From a virus: 64,000 nt of DNA. Location: IMG/VR virus record IMGVR_UViG_3300010399_000032. One strand, written 5' to 3'. Both the position numbers and the translations under genes were made by a program. The notes under the pieces are model-generated. The model was not told where the DNA came from. It saw nothing but the letters and a program-made list of their open reading frames with translations, and made no database searches. This document shows positions 47,572 through 57,586 of this stretch, piece after piece. Every line of letters starts with the position of its first letter. Positions within the stretch are counted from its first letter, which is position 1.

Positions 47572-48315
47572 TTAGCCTACAAGGAATTGTGGTGGTTCTT
47601 GGAAGGAAGATCGAATGTCATCTTCAATTTCCTTAATCTCATCAATGGCTTCATTATAAATTTGTTGCCCATTCATGGATACTCCACCTGGAAGGACCAT
47701 TCCCTCGAACTTTTTCATGTTGGTGCCCCATTGCTTCTTAATATAAGCAGTGGCCAATCTTTTGAGCATTCGGTCGTTATAAACCGAGGTATATGTATCT
47801 GCATTAATTTCTGAGAAACCTTCAATAACGATCCAGGTTCCGGCCGGTACTCTGGTAGCCCATTCCCAGTCAATATAAAGAATATGAGTGTGCTTATTGA
47901 AGCGAATAGGAACGTCACCGATGAATAACATATCTAACGTAGCCAAGTGCTGCATAATGATTTCATATCCAACATAGGAAGTAGATGTGAAGGTTGGAAG
48001 GTCATTAAGTCGAATTTGATAATTGATATCGAACATATTTCCGATATTATTATTCTGGGATTGTCGGAAAATACGGGTCACCCCAATGTAATCTCCCGGG
48101 ATAGTTATATATTTGTTAGTAATATCAACGGCTTGGACCTGATACGGAATATAATTCCTTTCGGTTCCTTCAAAATTAAATTCACGGAAAAACTGAAAAG
48201 CCTGGTCTATTTGATCATCGACCTGATCATCATCTACGTTGATTTCAACAACTGGGAAACCTAGTTGTCTAAGGCACCAATTCTTTAAATCACTTCTACT
48301 TGCTGGTGTTGACAT
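47572..48315 (-). CDS. gp13: neck protein gp13
   Basis: CLR.LG.PV.EINVDDDQ, K.QWG.N..KF.G..LPGGV..NG. Confidence 0.95.
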   Translation of the reverse strand: MSTPASRSDLKNWCLRQLGFPVVEINVDDDQVDDQIDQAFQFFREFNFEGTERNYIPYQVQAVDITNKYITIPGDYIGVTRIFRQSQNNNIGNMFDINYQIRLNDLPTFTSTSYVGYEIIMQHLATLDMLFIGDVPIRFNKHTHILYIDWEWATRVPAGTWIVIEGFSEINADTYTSVYNDRMLKRLATAYIKKQWGTNMKKFEGMVLPGGVSMNGQQIYNEAIDEIKEIEDDIRSSFQEPPQFLVG

Positions 48316-48739
48316 TTTGCTTCCTGGTTAAAAATTTCTCGAAACTTATTGCATCTGATTTTCCAATCTGGAAGGTCCGAATAAACATAAAGAATGTCAG
48401 AGATATAAAGAAATTAACATTCAGAACTCGGCACGCTTCATAAAAAATACCATCAAAGATTAATTTGTTGACGGTGGGGTATGTTTCATATAGATAATCA
48501 TGTATAACGGCCGCTTTCGCCCATGGACCATCCGGTCGGAAAATATAATTGAATGGTTTAGGAATAGATGCAAAATCTGTTATAAACCCCACTGGTACTG
48601 TAACTACATCAAACGGTGAATCTAGGTCTCCAATATTATACGTAAAACTTTCGGTCACCCTATAGAGTGGTAGATTAAATCCGCTGCCGGATGTTTTTCC
48701 TGTGGGTTCATAGGCCAAGGGGGTCGTAAAACTCGACAT
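48296..48739 (-). CDS. DUF1353-family protein
   Basis: VPVGFITDFASIP, AAVIHDYLY, D.IF.EA...L.V. Confidence 0.85.
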   Translation of the reverse strand: MSSFTTPLAYEPTGKTSGSGFNLPLYRVTESFTYNIGDLDSPFDVVTVPVGFITDFASIPKPFNYIFRPDGPWAKAAVIHDYLYETYPTVNKLIFDGIFYEACRVLNVNFFISLTFFMFIRTFQIGKSDAISFEKFLTRKQNVNTSK

Positions 48740-49215
48740 TATTTGTAATCCTTGGCGGTCATCCACATATTGGCCAAATTCTCCGTAGGAATATTTAGCA
48801 TACTCATGAGTAATTGTGTCTCAGGATGCTCCCAATGTATGACTGTGGAATAATTCCACCATACCGTAGCTTCCTGTTGGAGTTCCGCACTAGGTAATTT
48901 GCTGATAACATTAGCTACATCTGTCATAGCCACATTGTTTCGGACTAATCCTAGACGTAATTGACTAGGAGTAAGAGGAAAATCTGCCGGACCTAAAGTC
49001 TTATATGTCCAAATTTTCTGAGCTATTCCATTAGCCGAATCAATATTATATGAAAATGTATCGATCACCTGGTTTGAATTGATGGTTGGCCGAATCTCCT
49101 GGAGAGGCATGGTGGTTCCATCAGGAACATTAATGGTTACACTACCAAGGTCCTCATCCCCGATAATTACTCCGGAGGTATTCAATATAGCGATTTTTCC
49201 AGTAATTTTGGCCAT
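48739..49215 (-). CDS. hypothetical, tail-fibre-associated
   Basis: LTPSQLRLGL, A.VWW.YS....EHP motif typical of fibre-adjacent proteins. Confidence 0.55.
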   Translation of the reverse strand: MAKITGKIAILNTSGVIIGDEDLGSVTINVPDGTTMPLQEIRPTINSNQVIDTFSYNIDSANGIAQKIWTYKTLGPADFPLTPSQLRLGLVRNNVAMTDVANVISKLPSAELQQEATVWWNYSTVIHWEHPETQLLMSMLNIPTENLANMWMTAKDYK

Positions 49216-49649
49216 TATTGTTTTCCGTAAATTGTTTTGATGGCTTTCATGGTATTAGCCATAGAGATAAATTCATTCGAATTTACCCCTTTAAAGATGG
49301 CATCTAATTGATCAGCTATGGATGGATACGTCTTTAATCGTTTGATATAATAATCTTCATCATCCGGGCGAACAATATCATTCTTAGTTAATGTGTGTGT
49401 GGTATTTGATCCATCGAACCTGGTAATAACTTGAATAGGATTAGTATTTGCCCAGATAGCTTCTTTTGCATCAATTTGAGCTTGGATGTTATCGGATCGA
49501 CTGTTTATGTAGGTCATTAAATCCACATTAGGTGGAACAAAGACTTTCCATGGATATGTGTTTGCATTATATGTTATATCAACATATGCAAGGGTTCTAA
49601 TCCCATCAGGTGATCCTGTGATACCGGTTAGATTAATTGTAATAGCCAT
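49215..49649 (-). CDS. hypothetical, tail-fibre assembly-like
   Basis: Y...R...YPSI.DQLDAI.K ... I..IK..Y.K motif. Confidence 0.6.
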   Translation of the reverse strand: MAITINLTGITGSPDGIRTLAYVDITYNANTYPWKVFVPPNVDLMTYINSRSDNIQAQIDAKEAIWANTNPIQVITRFDGSNTTHTLTKNDIVRPDDEDYYIKRLKTYPSIADQLDAIFKGVNSNEFISMANTMKAIKTIYGKQ

Positions 49650-51004
49650 TAATCTTGTTCCTTATTTGGTTTAATTGCTACTAATCTGAAATTGATGCCT
49701 GGATGTATACCATGTGGTTTTTCAGTAACAACCTTGAACCCCTCCTCCTCCAGATGCTTACCGAGTGTTTCGGCCGACCAGCCCCATAGGTGAGCCGAAT
49801 AAGTTCCCTCCTTAAGTGTTTCAGGAGTAACATTATTGGCCGAGATACCATAGATTGCTGTTAGATATGTTCCTGGATCATCATCGATGTGTCGGGCCAT
49901 TTCTAGTACATCCGGGCATTCAATAATAAGTTTTCCTCCTGGTTTCAAGGCTTTGAACCAACTTTTTGTAACATCCAGAACCTGGAGGTTGAGTAAATGT
50001 TCCAAGATATGTGATGCTAGGATTTCATCTACTGAATTTTCAGGAAGTTTTATTGTTGTGATATCTTCATGGAAATCAGCTTCGGGTGATGTTTTATCTA
50101 TTGCAAAATACCCTTCAAGTTTGTCCCTTCCACTACCCATGTTGAGTTTAACCGGGAGACCCTTGCTGTTATTTTCTTGAATTTTTCCTGATAAACTATA
50201 TGATCCTTCAGGAACTCTACTCAACCAACGCTCATCCATAAATTTCTTGTCTTTAAGGGTCATGCGGGTTGTTGGTTTGATATTGGTGTAATAATCGTTA
50301 AGGTCCACTCCTTCCCATGCCGTGTATTTTCCTGTGGCGAGGTCCATATGGAGACATTGAACGGAGGTATCAACTAGAAGTTTTATTCCATGTTTGTGAA
50401 TACGATGAACAAAAAAATTATCTTCTCCCACGAAAGGAAAACCATGCTGTTCACTAGCCACACATGCCCAAGGAATATCTGGTTCTTGCTCTTGTATTTC
50501 GCGTAATAAATCCAATGGAATTAACATGCAATCCATACCAGTTTGCCAGGCTTCAATGATTTTCCTTGGTTCTGGAGAAATATCAGGAATTTTGATGATA
50601 TTGTTTTCTCGCACCATGATCATGGCATTAGACATTTTCATATAATAAACACCAGTCACGATTGACCTGGGATTAGCTTCTGCCGTTTGGCGTAACTTGT
50701 CAAAGGCGTCCCAAGGAACAACCGTATCTTCCCCAATAAAAAACATATATTTGGCTTCGGGAACAGACAAGCAAGCATCAATTAGATAGTTTCGTGCCAC
50801 ATCTACTTTTTCCCCACCAATATCAACGTAACCATGGGAATATCCCATCAAATCTACATGAGTCAACCCATGCCCTTTAAAGGATTGGGCTGGAATTTCT
50901 GCCAAATTTCTCCTAGGTTGAGCAATAATGACATATGGTGCAATAGTTTCTGATTCGGCTTTAATTTCTCTTAAGGTATCGAAAATTTTCTCTTTAGAAT
51001 ACAT
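49649..51004 (-). CDS. glycosyltransferase-like / class I methyltransferase fusion
   Basis: VARN, FFIGED, TGVYY.K, GMDCMLI, GEDNFF (GT-A); LNMGSG, SHILEHL, LKPGGKLIIECPD (MTase). Confidence 0.8.
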   Translation of the reverse strand: MYSKEKIFDTLREIKAESETIAPYVIIAQPRRNLAEIPAQSFKGHGLTHVDLMGYSHGYVDIGGEKVDVARNYLIDACLSVPEAKYMFFIGEDTVVPWDAFDKLRQTAEANPRSIVTGVYYMKMSNAMIMVRENNIIKIPDISPEPRKIIEAWQTGMDCMLIPLDLLREIQEQEPDIPWACVASEQHGFPFVGEDNFFVHRIHKHGIKLLVDTSVQCLHMDLATGKYTAWEGVDLNDYYTNIKPTTRMTLKDKKFMDERWLSRVPEGSYSLSGKIQENNSKGLPVKLNMGSGRDKLEGYFAIDKTSPEADFHEDITTIKLPENSVDEILASHILEHLLNLQVLDVTKSWFKALKPGGKLIIECPDVLEMARHIDDDPGTYLTAIYGISANNVTPETLKEGTYSAHLWGWSAETLGKHLEEEGFKVVTEKPHGIHPGINFRLVAIKPNKEQD

Positions 51005-51011
51005 GATGTTC

Positions 51012-52142
51012 TCACAGTTTATTGAAAAATGGATGTAGTGCGACCATATTTAGGTTCATACCAGAATATGTAGTAATTTTTTGACCCACCGATGCAGACA
51101 GCGGAACAAAATGAATATCTCCATTTGGAGCTAGAATCCCGCCTGCGTAAGCACTAGACGCAGTATAAATCAGAGAATAAGTGGATACAATTCCGGTCGC
51201 CGAAATTTTTTGTCCTCTATTTCCTGATAATTTGACGAAGTGGATGTCACCATTCGGAGATAGGACTCCTCCTAGATACGCATTAGACGCAGTGTAAACC
51301 AGCGAGTATGTAGAGACGACTCCGGCAACCGAGATCTTCTGTCCTACAGTCGCGGTTCTGGGAACAAAATGAATATCTCCATTTGGAGCTAGAACTCCAC
51401 CACCATATTCAACAGCAGCATTTGTATAGATCAATGAATAGGTTGAGACTACACCCGCAGAGGATATTTTTTGCCCAACGATTGCTGCCAAAGGTACAAA
51501 ATGGATATCCCCATTTGGAGCTAGAACTCCACCTTGATATGCATTAAATGTAGTGTAAACCAGAGAATATGTGGATACCACACCGGAGGATGAGATTTTT
51601 TGTCCAACATTGGCTTGAGAGGGAACAAAATGAATATCTCCATTTGGAGATAGGACTCCTCCAGAATATCCACCAATAACAGTATAAACCAATGAGTATG
51701 TCGAAACAACTCCCGAAGAAGAAATTTTTTGACCTACAGCACCGTAAGGCACAAAGTGGATATCACCATTTGGAGCTAGAACTCCACCGGATGATGCACC
51801 CAAAGAGCTTGTATAGATCAGGGAATAGGTGAACGCCACCCCTGAAGCTGATATTTTTTGGCCAACAGTAGTTTGATATGGAACAAAATGGATATCACCA
51901 TTTGGAGCTAGAACTCCACCTTGATATGCATTAGATGTTGTGTAGACCAAAGAATATGTAGAAACTACCGTCTTATTGAAAAGTTGCCCCGCTGCTTGTG
52001 TTTCTGCTAAGAGGTTTTTGAAATTATTCCAGGCCGATAGGGTTGTATCCAAAGTACTAGAATCTGCCGTTGGAATTACCCATTGGAGGGTGTTGGCTAC
52101 TTCTGTCTTGAAATGTGGATTTATTTTGTTCGTATTTGTCAT
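51012..52142 (-). CDS. 7-repeat beta-propeller protein (paralogue C)
   Basis: 7 x VVSTYSLVYT..AY.GGVLAPNGDIHFVP....VGQKIS..G; ends HPFFNKL. Confidence 0.8.
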   Translation of the reverse strand: MTNTNKINPHFKTEVANTLQWVIPTADSSTLDTTLSAWNNFKNLLAETQAAGQLFNKTVVSTYSLVYTTSNAYQGGVLAPNGDIHFVPYQTTVGQKISASGVAFTYSLIYTSSLGASSGGVLAPNGDIHFVPYGAVGQKISSSGVVSTYSLVYTVIGGYSGGVLSPNGDIHFVPSQANVGQKISSSGVVSTYSLVYTTFNAYQGGVLAPNGDIHFVPLAAIVGQKISSAGVVSTYSLIYTNAAVEYGGGVLAPNGDIHFVPRTATVGQKISVAGVVSTYSLVYTASNAYLGGVLSPNGDIHFVKLSGNRGQKISATGIVSTYSLIYTASSAYAGGILAPNGDIHFVPLSASVGQKITTYSGMNLNMVALHPFFNKL

Positions 52143-53152
52143 TATAATTTATTTAACCATGGTGATGAAATAACTCCAAAATCTAGTGGTACGGCCGGTA
52201 GGGTTGAAATTTTTTGCCCTACAGAAGCAGTATCCGGAATGAAGTGGATATCACCATTTGGAGATAGGACTCCACCTGCATATGCACTTGCAGTTGTATA
52301 AACTAAGGAATAGGTTGAAACCACTCCGTTGATATCTATTTTTTGCCCAACGGGCGCGTTCGTCGGAATGAAGTGGATATCACCATTTGGAGATAGGACT
52401 CCACCTGCATATGCACTATTAATATCGGTATAAACTAAGGAATAGGTTGAAACCACTCCGTTGATATCTATTTTTTGCCCAACGGGCGCGTTCGCCGGAA
52501 TGAAGTGGATATCTCCATTGGGGGCCAAAACACCACCAAAATATGCACCATTAATATCGGTATAAACTAAGGAATAGGTTGAAACCACTCCGTTGATATC
52601 TATTTTTTGACCAACTGTAGCTGCATATGGACCGAAGTGGATATCTCCATTTTGTGATAGAACCCCACCAGCATATGCGGTAAAGGATGTATAAATCAAG
52701 GAATAAGTAGAGACGACTCCTGATGCTGATATTTTTTGGCCGACTGTGGCAAGAAACGGAGCGAAGTGTATATTCCCGTTCGGATCTAGAGTACCACCCA
52801 AATAGGCTTCTGTAATTATGGAATAGGTAGAAACCGCTCCGTTGATATTTATTTTTTGCCCAACCGTTGCTGAATATGGAACGAAGTGAATATCCCCGTT
52901 TGGAGCCAGAACACCACCAACATGTGCGCCATTAATATTGGTATAAATCAAGGAATAAGTAGAAACCACTGCCTGTTCCGCGGCATTGAATAATTGCCCC
53001 GGTACAGAACTTTTCCTTAATAGATATTGGAATGCCGTAAAGGCTGCTAAATCGGTTCCAATAGATGAATTATCGGCCGTTGGAAGGATACCTCGACCAA
53101 CAGTTTGTACATTTGATAGCCATGATGGGCTAATTTTGAAAACATCTGTCAT
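52142..53152 (-). CDS. 6-repeat beta-propeller protein (paralogue B)
   Basis: 6 copies of same repeat; ends SPWLNKL. Confidence 0.8.
   Translation of the reverse strand: MTDVFKISPSWLSNVQTVGRGILPTADNSSIGTDLAAFTAFQYLLRKSSVPGQLFNAAEQAVVSTYSLIYTNINGAHVGGVLAPNGDIHFVPYSATVGQKININGAVSTYSIITEAYLGGTLDPNGNIHFAPFLATVGQKISASGVVSTYSLIYTSFTAYAGGVLSQNGDIHFGPYAATVGQKIDINGVVSTYSLVYTDINGAYFGGVLAPNGDIHFIPANAPVGQKIDINGVVSTYSLVYTDINSAYAGGVLSPNGDIHFIPTNAPVGQKIDINGVVSTYSLVYTTASAYAGGVLSPNGDIHFIPDTASVGQKISTLPAVPLDFGVISSPWLNKL
52240..52610. repeat. near-identical 132-bp tandem blade repeats
   Basis: gtataaactaaggaataggttgaaaccactccgttgatatctattttttg at 52296, 52428, 52560. Confidence 0.9.
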
Positions 53153-54279
53153 AGCTTATTTAACCATGGTGAACAAAGTGTACCAATTCCGAATGGAAGT
53201 GCTGATGTGGTGGAGATTTTTTGCCCAACTGTAGCAGAATATGGAATAAGGTAAATGTCTCCGGCCGCCGTCAATATTCCTCCAAAAAATGCCGAAGAAG
53301 TAGTATAAACCAATGAATAGGTTGAAACTACACCAGATGAACTTATTTTTTGGCCAACTTTTGCAGAATATGGAACAAAATGGATGTCGCCGTTCGGGGC
53401 TAGAACTCCTCCAGCATATGCTCCAACAGATGTTGTATAAACTAAGGAATATGTGGATATTACTCCTGCAACCGATATTTTTCGACCAATTGAAGCACTA
53501 TACGGAATGAAGTGAATGTCGCCGTTCGGGGCTAGAACTATTCCAGTATAATTTGATCCTCCAAGAGTGTATGTGGAAACAACGCCGGCCGCCGATATCT
53601 TCTGCCCGAATAATGCATTAAAAGGAGAGAAATAAATGTCCCCATTAGGGGCTAGAACTCCTCCTCTATAAGCAATTGTAGTGGTATAAACTAAGGAATA
53701 TGTGGATACTATTCCGGCTGCGGATATCTTTTGACCTACTTTTGCACTACACGGAATAAAGTGAATGTCCCCGTTAGGAGCTATGACACCACCATCATAC
53801 GCATCTCCAGAGTTGGTGGTATAAGCCAAGGAATATGTGGATATTACTCCGTTGATATCTATTTTTTGACCGACAGCGGCCGTCGCCGGAACGAAATGTA
53901 TGTCCCCGTTAGGAGCCAGGACTCCTCCTCTATATCCTCCTGCTGTAGTATATACCAGTGAATAAGTTGAAACCGACCCATTTGCTGATATTTTTTGGCC
54001 GTTGGCAGCCCCATATGGAACGAAATGTATGTCCCCGTTAGGAGCCAGGACTCCTCCTGTATAAGCAGTACTAGGCTTATAAACTAGTGAATATGTTGAA
54101 ACTATTGTGGTAGAGTAGATAGAGGCCGCGGTGTTGCTCTTTTGTAAAAGATCGGAAAAACCATACCAAGCTTTTAAATCTGTTCCAATACCTCCATCGT
54201 TACCCGGTGGTAAAATACCATCGGTAGTTTCAAGTACATCTTGTTGCCATTGAACGGAAATAATATCTGTGTTAGCCAT
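53149..54279 (-). CDS. 7-repeat beta-propeller protein (paralogue A)
   Basis: 7 copies of same repeat; ends SPWLNKL. Confidence 0.8.
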   Translation of the reverse strand: MANTDIISVQWQQDVLETTDGILPPGNDGGIGTDLKAWYGFSDLLQKSNTAASIYSTTIVSTYSLVYKPSTAYTGGVLAPNGDIHFVPYGAANGQKISANGSVSTYSLVYTTAGGYRGGVLAPNGDIHFVPATAAVGQKIDINGVISTYSLAYTTNSGDAYDGGVIAPNGDIHFIPCSAKVGQKISAAGIVSTYSLVYTTTIAYRGGVLAPNGDIYFSPFNALFGQKISAAGVVSTYTLGGSNYTGIVLAPNGDIHFIPYSASIGRKISVAGVISTYSLVYTTSVGAYAGGVLAPNGDIHFVPYSAKVGQKISSSGVVSTYSLVYTTSSAFFGGILTAAGDIYLIPYSATVGQKISTTSALPFGIGTLCSPWLNKL

Positions 54280-54280
54280 A

Positions 54281-57200
54281 TTATGTGCCTATGACAGTTG
54301 CAGTATATTGATTTGCTGTGGGGGCTGAAACGAATACCAAATTAGCTGAATTTGCTGTAACATAAAGAATATCCGGATAGACCAAATAACCACTAGCCCA
54401 TTCTCTCACTGAAATGAAAATATTATTTGCAAAACTCAAATTGTGGGTAAGGGTGTAAGTTGTACTTGAACCATCGCCTACGTTTGCGGTATAAGAACTA
54501 AATGATCCACCTCCACCACTTGCGGTACTTGCAATGGTGACGGAATCATTGATCGTATCAGGCGTTAGAGTAATATTTGAACCGGCAATGAGAGTAAGAT
54601 TTGCAGATGGACCATTGGCAATAACTAATGTACCTGCAACATTTATTGCTCCAAAATCATTAGCTGTTGCCGCAGAATTGGCTTTGGCATATGCACCTTG
54701 AGCCGTTATCAAAACGTTATTTGATGATAGGTATGCATTATTCGCCAACACATAAGCAGCATTGGCCTGACCATATGCCGATCCTGCGGTTGTATTATCC
54801 GCATTGGCTTTCGTGAATGCGCCCTGTGCTGTAACTAATACGGTATTGGCGAAGTTATAGGCATTATTACCCTGAGTGTAAGCTAGATTTGCCTCGGCAA
54901 ATGCACCTTGTGCCGTAACCAATACGGTATTTGAGGAATTATATGCGTTGTTTCCTTGGGTGTAAGCCAAATTAGCTTCTGCATATGCTGACCTGGCCGT
55001 GATGTTATCGGCATTGGCTTGGGCAAATGCACCTTGAGCCGTTATCAAAACTGAGTTGGATGAAATATAAGCGTTGTTGGCAAGAATATATGCGGCATTG
55101 GCCTGACCATATGCCGATCCTGCGGTTGTATTATCCGCATTGGCTTTCGTGAATGCGCCCTGTGCTGTAACCAATACAGTGTTTGATGAGTTATAGGCAT
55201 TATTACCCTGAGTATATGCCAGGTTAGCTTCCGCAAATGCACCTTGAGCCGTTACGAGAACCGTATTAGCTTGACCGTATGCGGCATTGGCTTGATTATA
55301 GGCTGAATTGGCTTGGGTATATACCGTAGAAATCCAAACAACGTTGGCTCCTCGCATGAGATACCAGGTATTGGTTGAATTGGCATAGAATTGGACGGTT
55401 TCTCCCTGATACAACGTAATAGCCGTATTAGCGACCTGATTCTCGATTGAACCAAAAATTTGAGGATAAACCGACAAATCCAAGGTCGTTTCATTTTTTA
55501 TTGCAATTCGGGACCAAGTATTTGCAACAGGAAGGATTAATCCTGTATTACCTGTATTTGCCGTCCGGATTTCCTGGAAACTATGATTTCCTGAAACTGG
55601 GCGGGCCGTTGCTTGGGTTGAACCATTTGCTGAAACAGATACTACCAAAGTTGCCAATGGCATAGCTGTATTTGCAATCAAGGAAACGGCATTAACTTCT
55701 GCAAATGCCGCTTGGGCGGTAATATTTGAGTTATTTGCCTGATCATATGCGGTATTAGCTTGTACATAAGCAGCATTTGCCTGATTAAAGGCTGCATTAG
55801 CTTGGTTATATGCACTGGTAACACCTGAACCACCGGCCGAATTTGCCGTGGCATAAGCGCTTTGAGCCGTTGCAAGGGCCAAGTTAGCTTCCGTATATGC
55901 TGATCCAACAGTGATATTATCATTGTTGGCCATAAGATACGCAGATTGCGCGGTGATTAAGACCGTATTCGACGCATTATATGCGTTGTTTCCTTGGCTA
56001 TAGGCCAGATTTGCCTCGGCAAATGCTCCCTGTGCTGTGACAAGAACCGTATTGGATGAATTGTAGGCATTATTTCCTTGGCTGTAGGCTAGGTTAGCTT
56101 CCGAAAAAGCTCCTTGTGCTGTAACCAATACGGTATTAGCAAAATTGTAAGCATTGTTGCCTTGAGTATATGCCAGGTTAGCTTCTGCATAGGCCGCTCG
56201 GGCAGTAATATTAGAATTGTTGGCTTGGGTAAAGGCCCCCTGAGCCGTAACCAATACGGTATTTGAGGAATTATATGCGTTGTTTCCTTGGCTATAGGCC
56301 AGATTTGCCTCAGCGAAGGCGCCTTGCGCCGTTAAGAGAACCGTATTAGATGAATTGTAGGCATCATTTGCATGAGTATATGCTGTATTGGCTTCAAGGA
56401 AAGCTCCTTGAGCCGTCACTAGAACCGTATTGGATGAGAGATAGGCATTATTGGCCAGAACGTAGGCCGCATTAGCTTCTATATAAGCACCGACGGCCGT
56501 AATGTTTACAGAGTTCGCATAAGCCCAAGCAGTATTGGCCTCAAGGAAGGCACCTTGAGCCGTTATCAAAACGTTATTTGATGATAGGTATGCATTATTC
56601 GCCAACACATAAGCAGCATTGGCTTGACCATAAGAAGACCCGGCTGTTGTGTTGGCGGACTGTGCCAAAGATTCGGCTGCATTGGCTTGTGAATAAGCTG
56701 AGACCACCGTGATATTATCGGCATTGGCTTGGGCAAATGCACCTTGTGCCGTAACCAGTACGGTATTTGAGGAATTGTAGGCATTATTGGCATGAATATA
56801 AGCAGCATTGGCTTCATCATAGGCCGGTACTACATTAATTGTATTGGCATAATCATACGCATTATTGGCTAAAACGTAGGCCGAGTTAGCTTCGGTAAAT
56901 GCGCCCTGAGCCGTTATCAATACGGTATTGGCCCAGTTATAGGCATTGTTACCTTGGATGTATGCGGAATTTGCCTCAGAAAAAGCCGATCCAACAGTTA
57001 CATTAACGGAATTTGCGTAGGTCCAAGCAGTATTGGCCTCAAGGAAAGCCCCCTGAGCGGTTATCAGTACCGTATTTGAGGAATTATAAGCATTATTGGC
57101 CAAATCGTAAGCAGCATTCGCTTCTGTATAAGCCGAAATTACTGTTATATTAGCATTATTAGCCAAATCATATGCTGAGTTTGCTTCAATATATGCTGAA

Positions 57201-57586
57201 ATTGCCGTGATGTTTGCTGCATTAGCCTGAGCGAAAGCCGCATAAAGGCTAGTATTATCGGTGTTAGCTTGAGCTAATGCTTGGGTGGCAATGGAATTTG
57301 CAGTATTGGCCTGGTCGTATGCTGAACCTGCCGTTATGTTTACATTATTGGCCTGGTCGTATGCTGACCCGGCTATGGTATTAGCTGAATTAGCTAAATC
57401 CCATGCGGTGTTAGCTTCCACATATGCGGATTGTGACGTAATATTGACAGAATTGGCCTCACCGAAAGCTGCCTGAGCCGTCGTGAGTGCTAATTGACCT
57501 GTTACAGAATCAGATGATTGAATTGTTGGGACGCCGGCTCGAATTTGTCTCTGGCCGATGGAAACTTTAGTTGTTATGTTTCCCAT
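54281..57586 (-). CDS. long Ala/Asn-rich heptad-repeat fibre protein
   Basis: A-x-x-x-A-N-x heptads, 28-aa unit AQGAFAEANLAYSQGNNAYNSSNTVLVT; globular insert; C-term GDGSSTTYTLTHNL domain. Confidence 0.75.
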   Translation of the reverse strand: MGNITTKVSIGQRQIRAGVPTIQSSDSVTGQLALTTAQAAFGEANSVNITSQSAYVEANTAWDLANSANTIAGSAYDQANNVNITAGSAYDQANTANSIATQALAQANTDNTSLYAAFAQANAANITAISAYIEANSAYDLANNANITVISAYTEANAAYDLANNAYNSSNTVLITAQGAFLEANTAWTYANSVNVTVGSAFSEANSAYIQGNNAYNWANTVLITAQGAFTEANSAYVLANNAYDYANTINVVPAYDEANAAYIHANNAYNSSNTVLVTAQGAFAQANADNITVVSAYSQANAAESLAQSANTTAGSSYGQANAAYVLANNAYLSSNNVLITAQGAFLEANTAWAYANSVNITAVGAYIEANAAYVLANNAYLSSNTVLVTAQGAFLEANTAYTHANDAYNSSNTVLLTAQGAFAEANLAYSQGNNAYNSSNTVLVTAQGAFTQANNSNITARAAYAEANLAYTQGNNAYNFANTVLVTAQGAFSEANLAYSQGNNAYNSSNTVLVTAQGAFAEANLAYSQGNNAYNASNTVLITAQSAYLMANNDNITVGSAYTEANLALATAQSAYATANSAGGSGVTSAYNQANAAFNQANAAYVQANTAYDQANNSNITAQAAFAEVNAVSLIANTAMPLATLVVSVSANGSTQATARPVSGNHSFQEIRTANTGNTGLILPVANTWSRIAIKNETTLDLSVYPQIFGSIENQVANTAITLYQGETVQFYANSTNTWYLMRGANVVWISTVYTQANSAYNQANAAYGQANTVLVTAQGAFAEANLAYTQGNNAYNSSNTVLVTAQGAFTKANADNTTAGSAYGQANAAYILANNAYISSNSVLITAQGAFAQANADNITARSAYAEANLAYTQGNNAYNSSNTVLVTAQGAFAEANLAYTQGNNAYNFANTVLVTAQGAFTKANADNTTAGSAYGQANAAYVLANNAYLSSNNVLITAQGAYAKANSAATANDFGAINVAGTLVIANGPSANLTLIAGSNITLTPDTINDSVTIASTASGGGGSFSSYTANVGDGSSTTYTLTHNLSFANNIFISVREWASGYLVYPDILYVTANSANLVFVSAPTANQYTATVIGT

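Noticed and set aside
51012-54279. CRISPR array or DGR template/variable repeats
   Set aside because: Repeats are in-frame protein repeats with synonymous drift; no cas or RT gene in window; variation includes indels and is not evidently adenine-restricted
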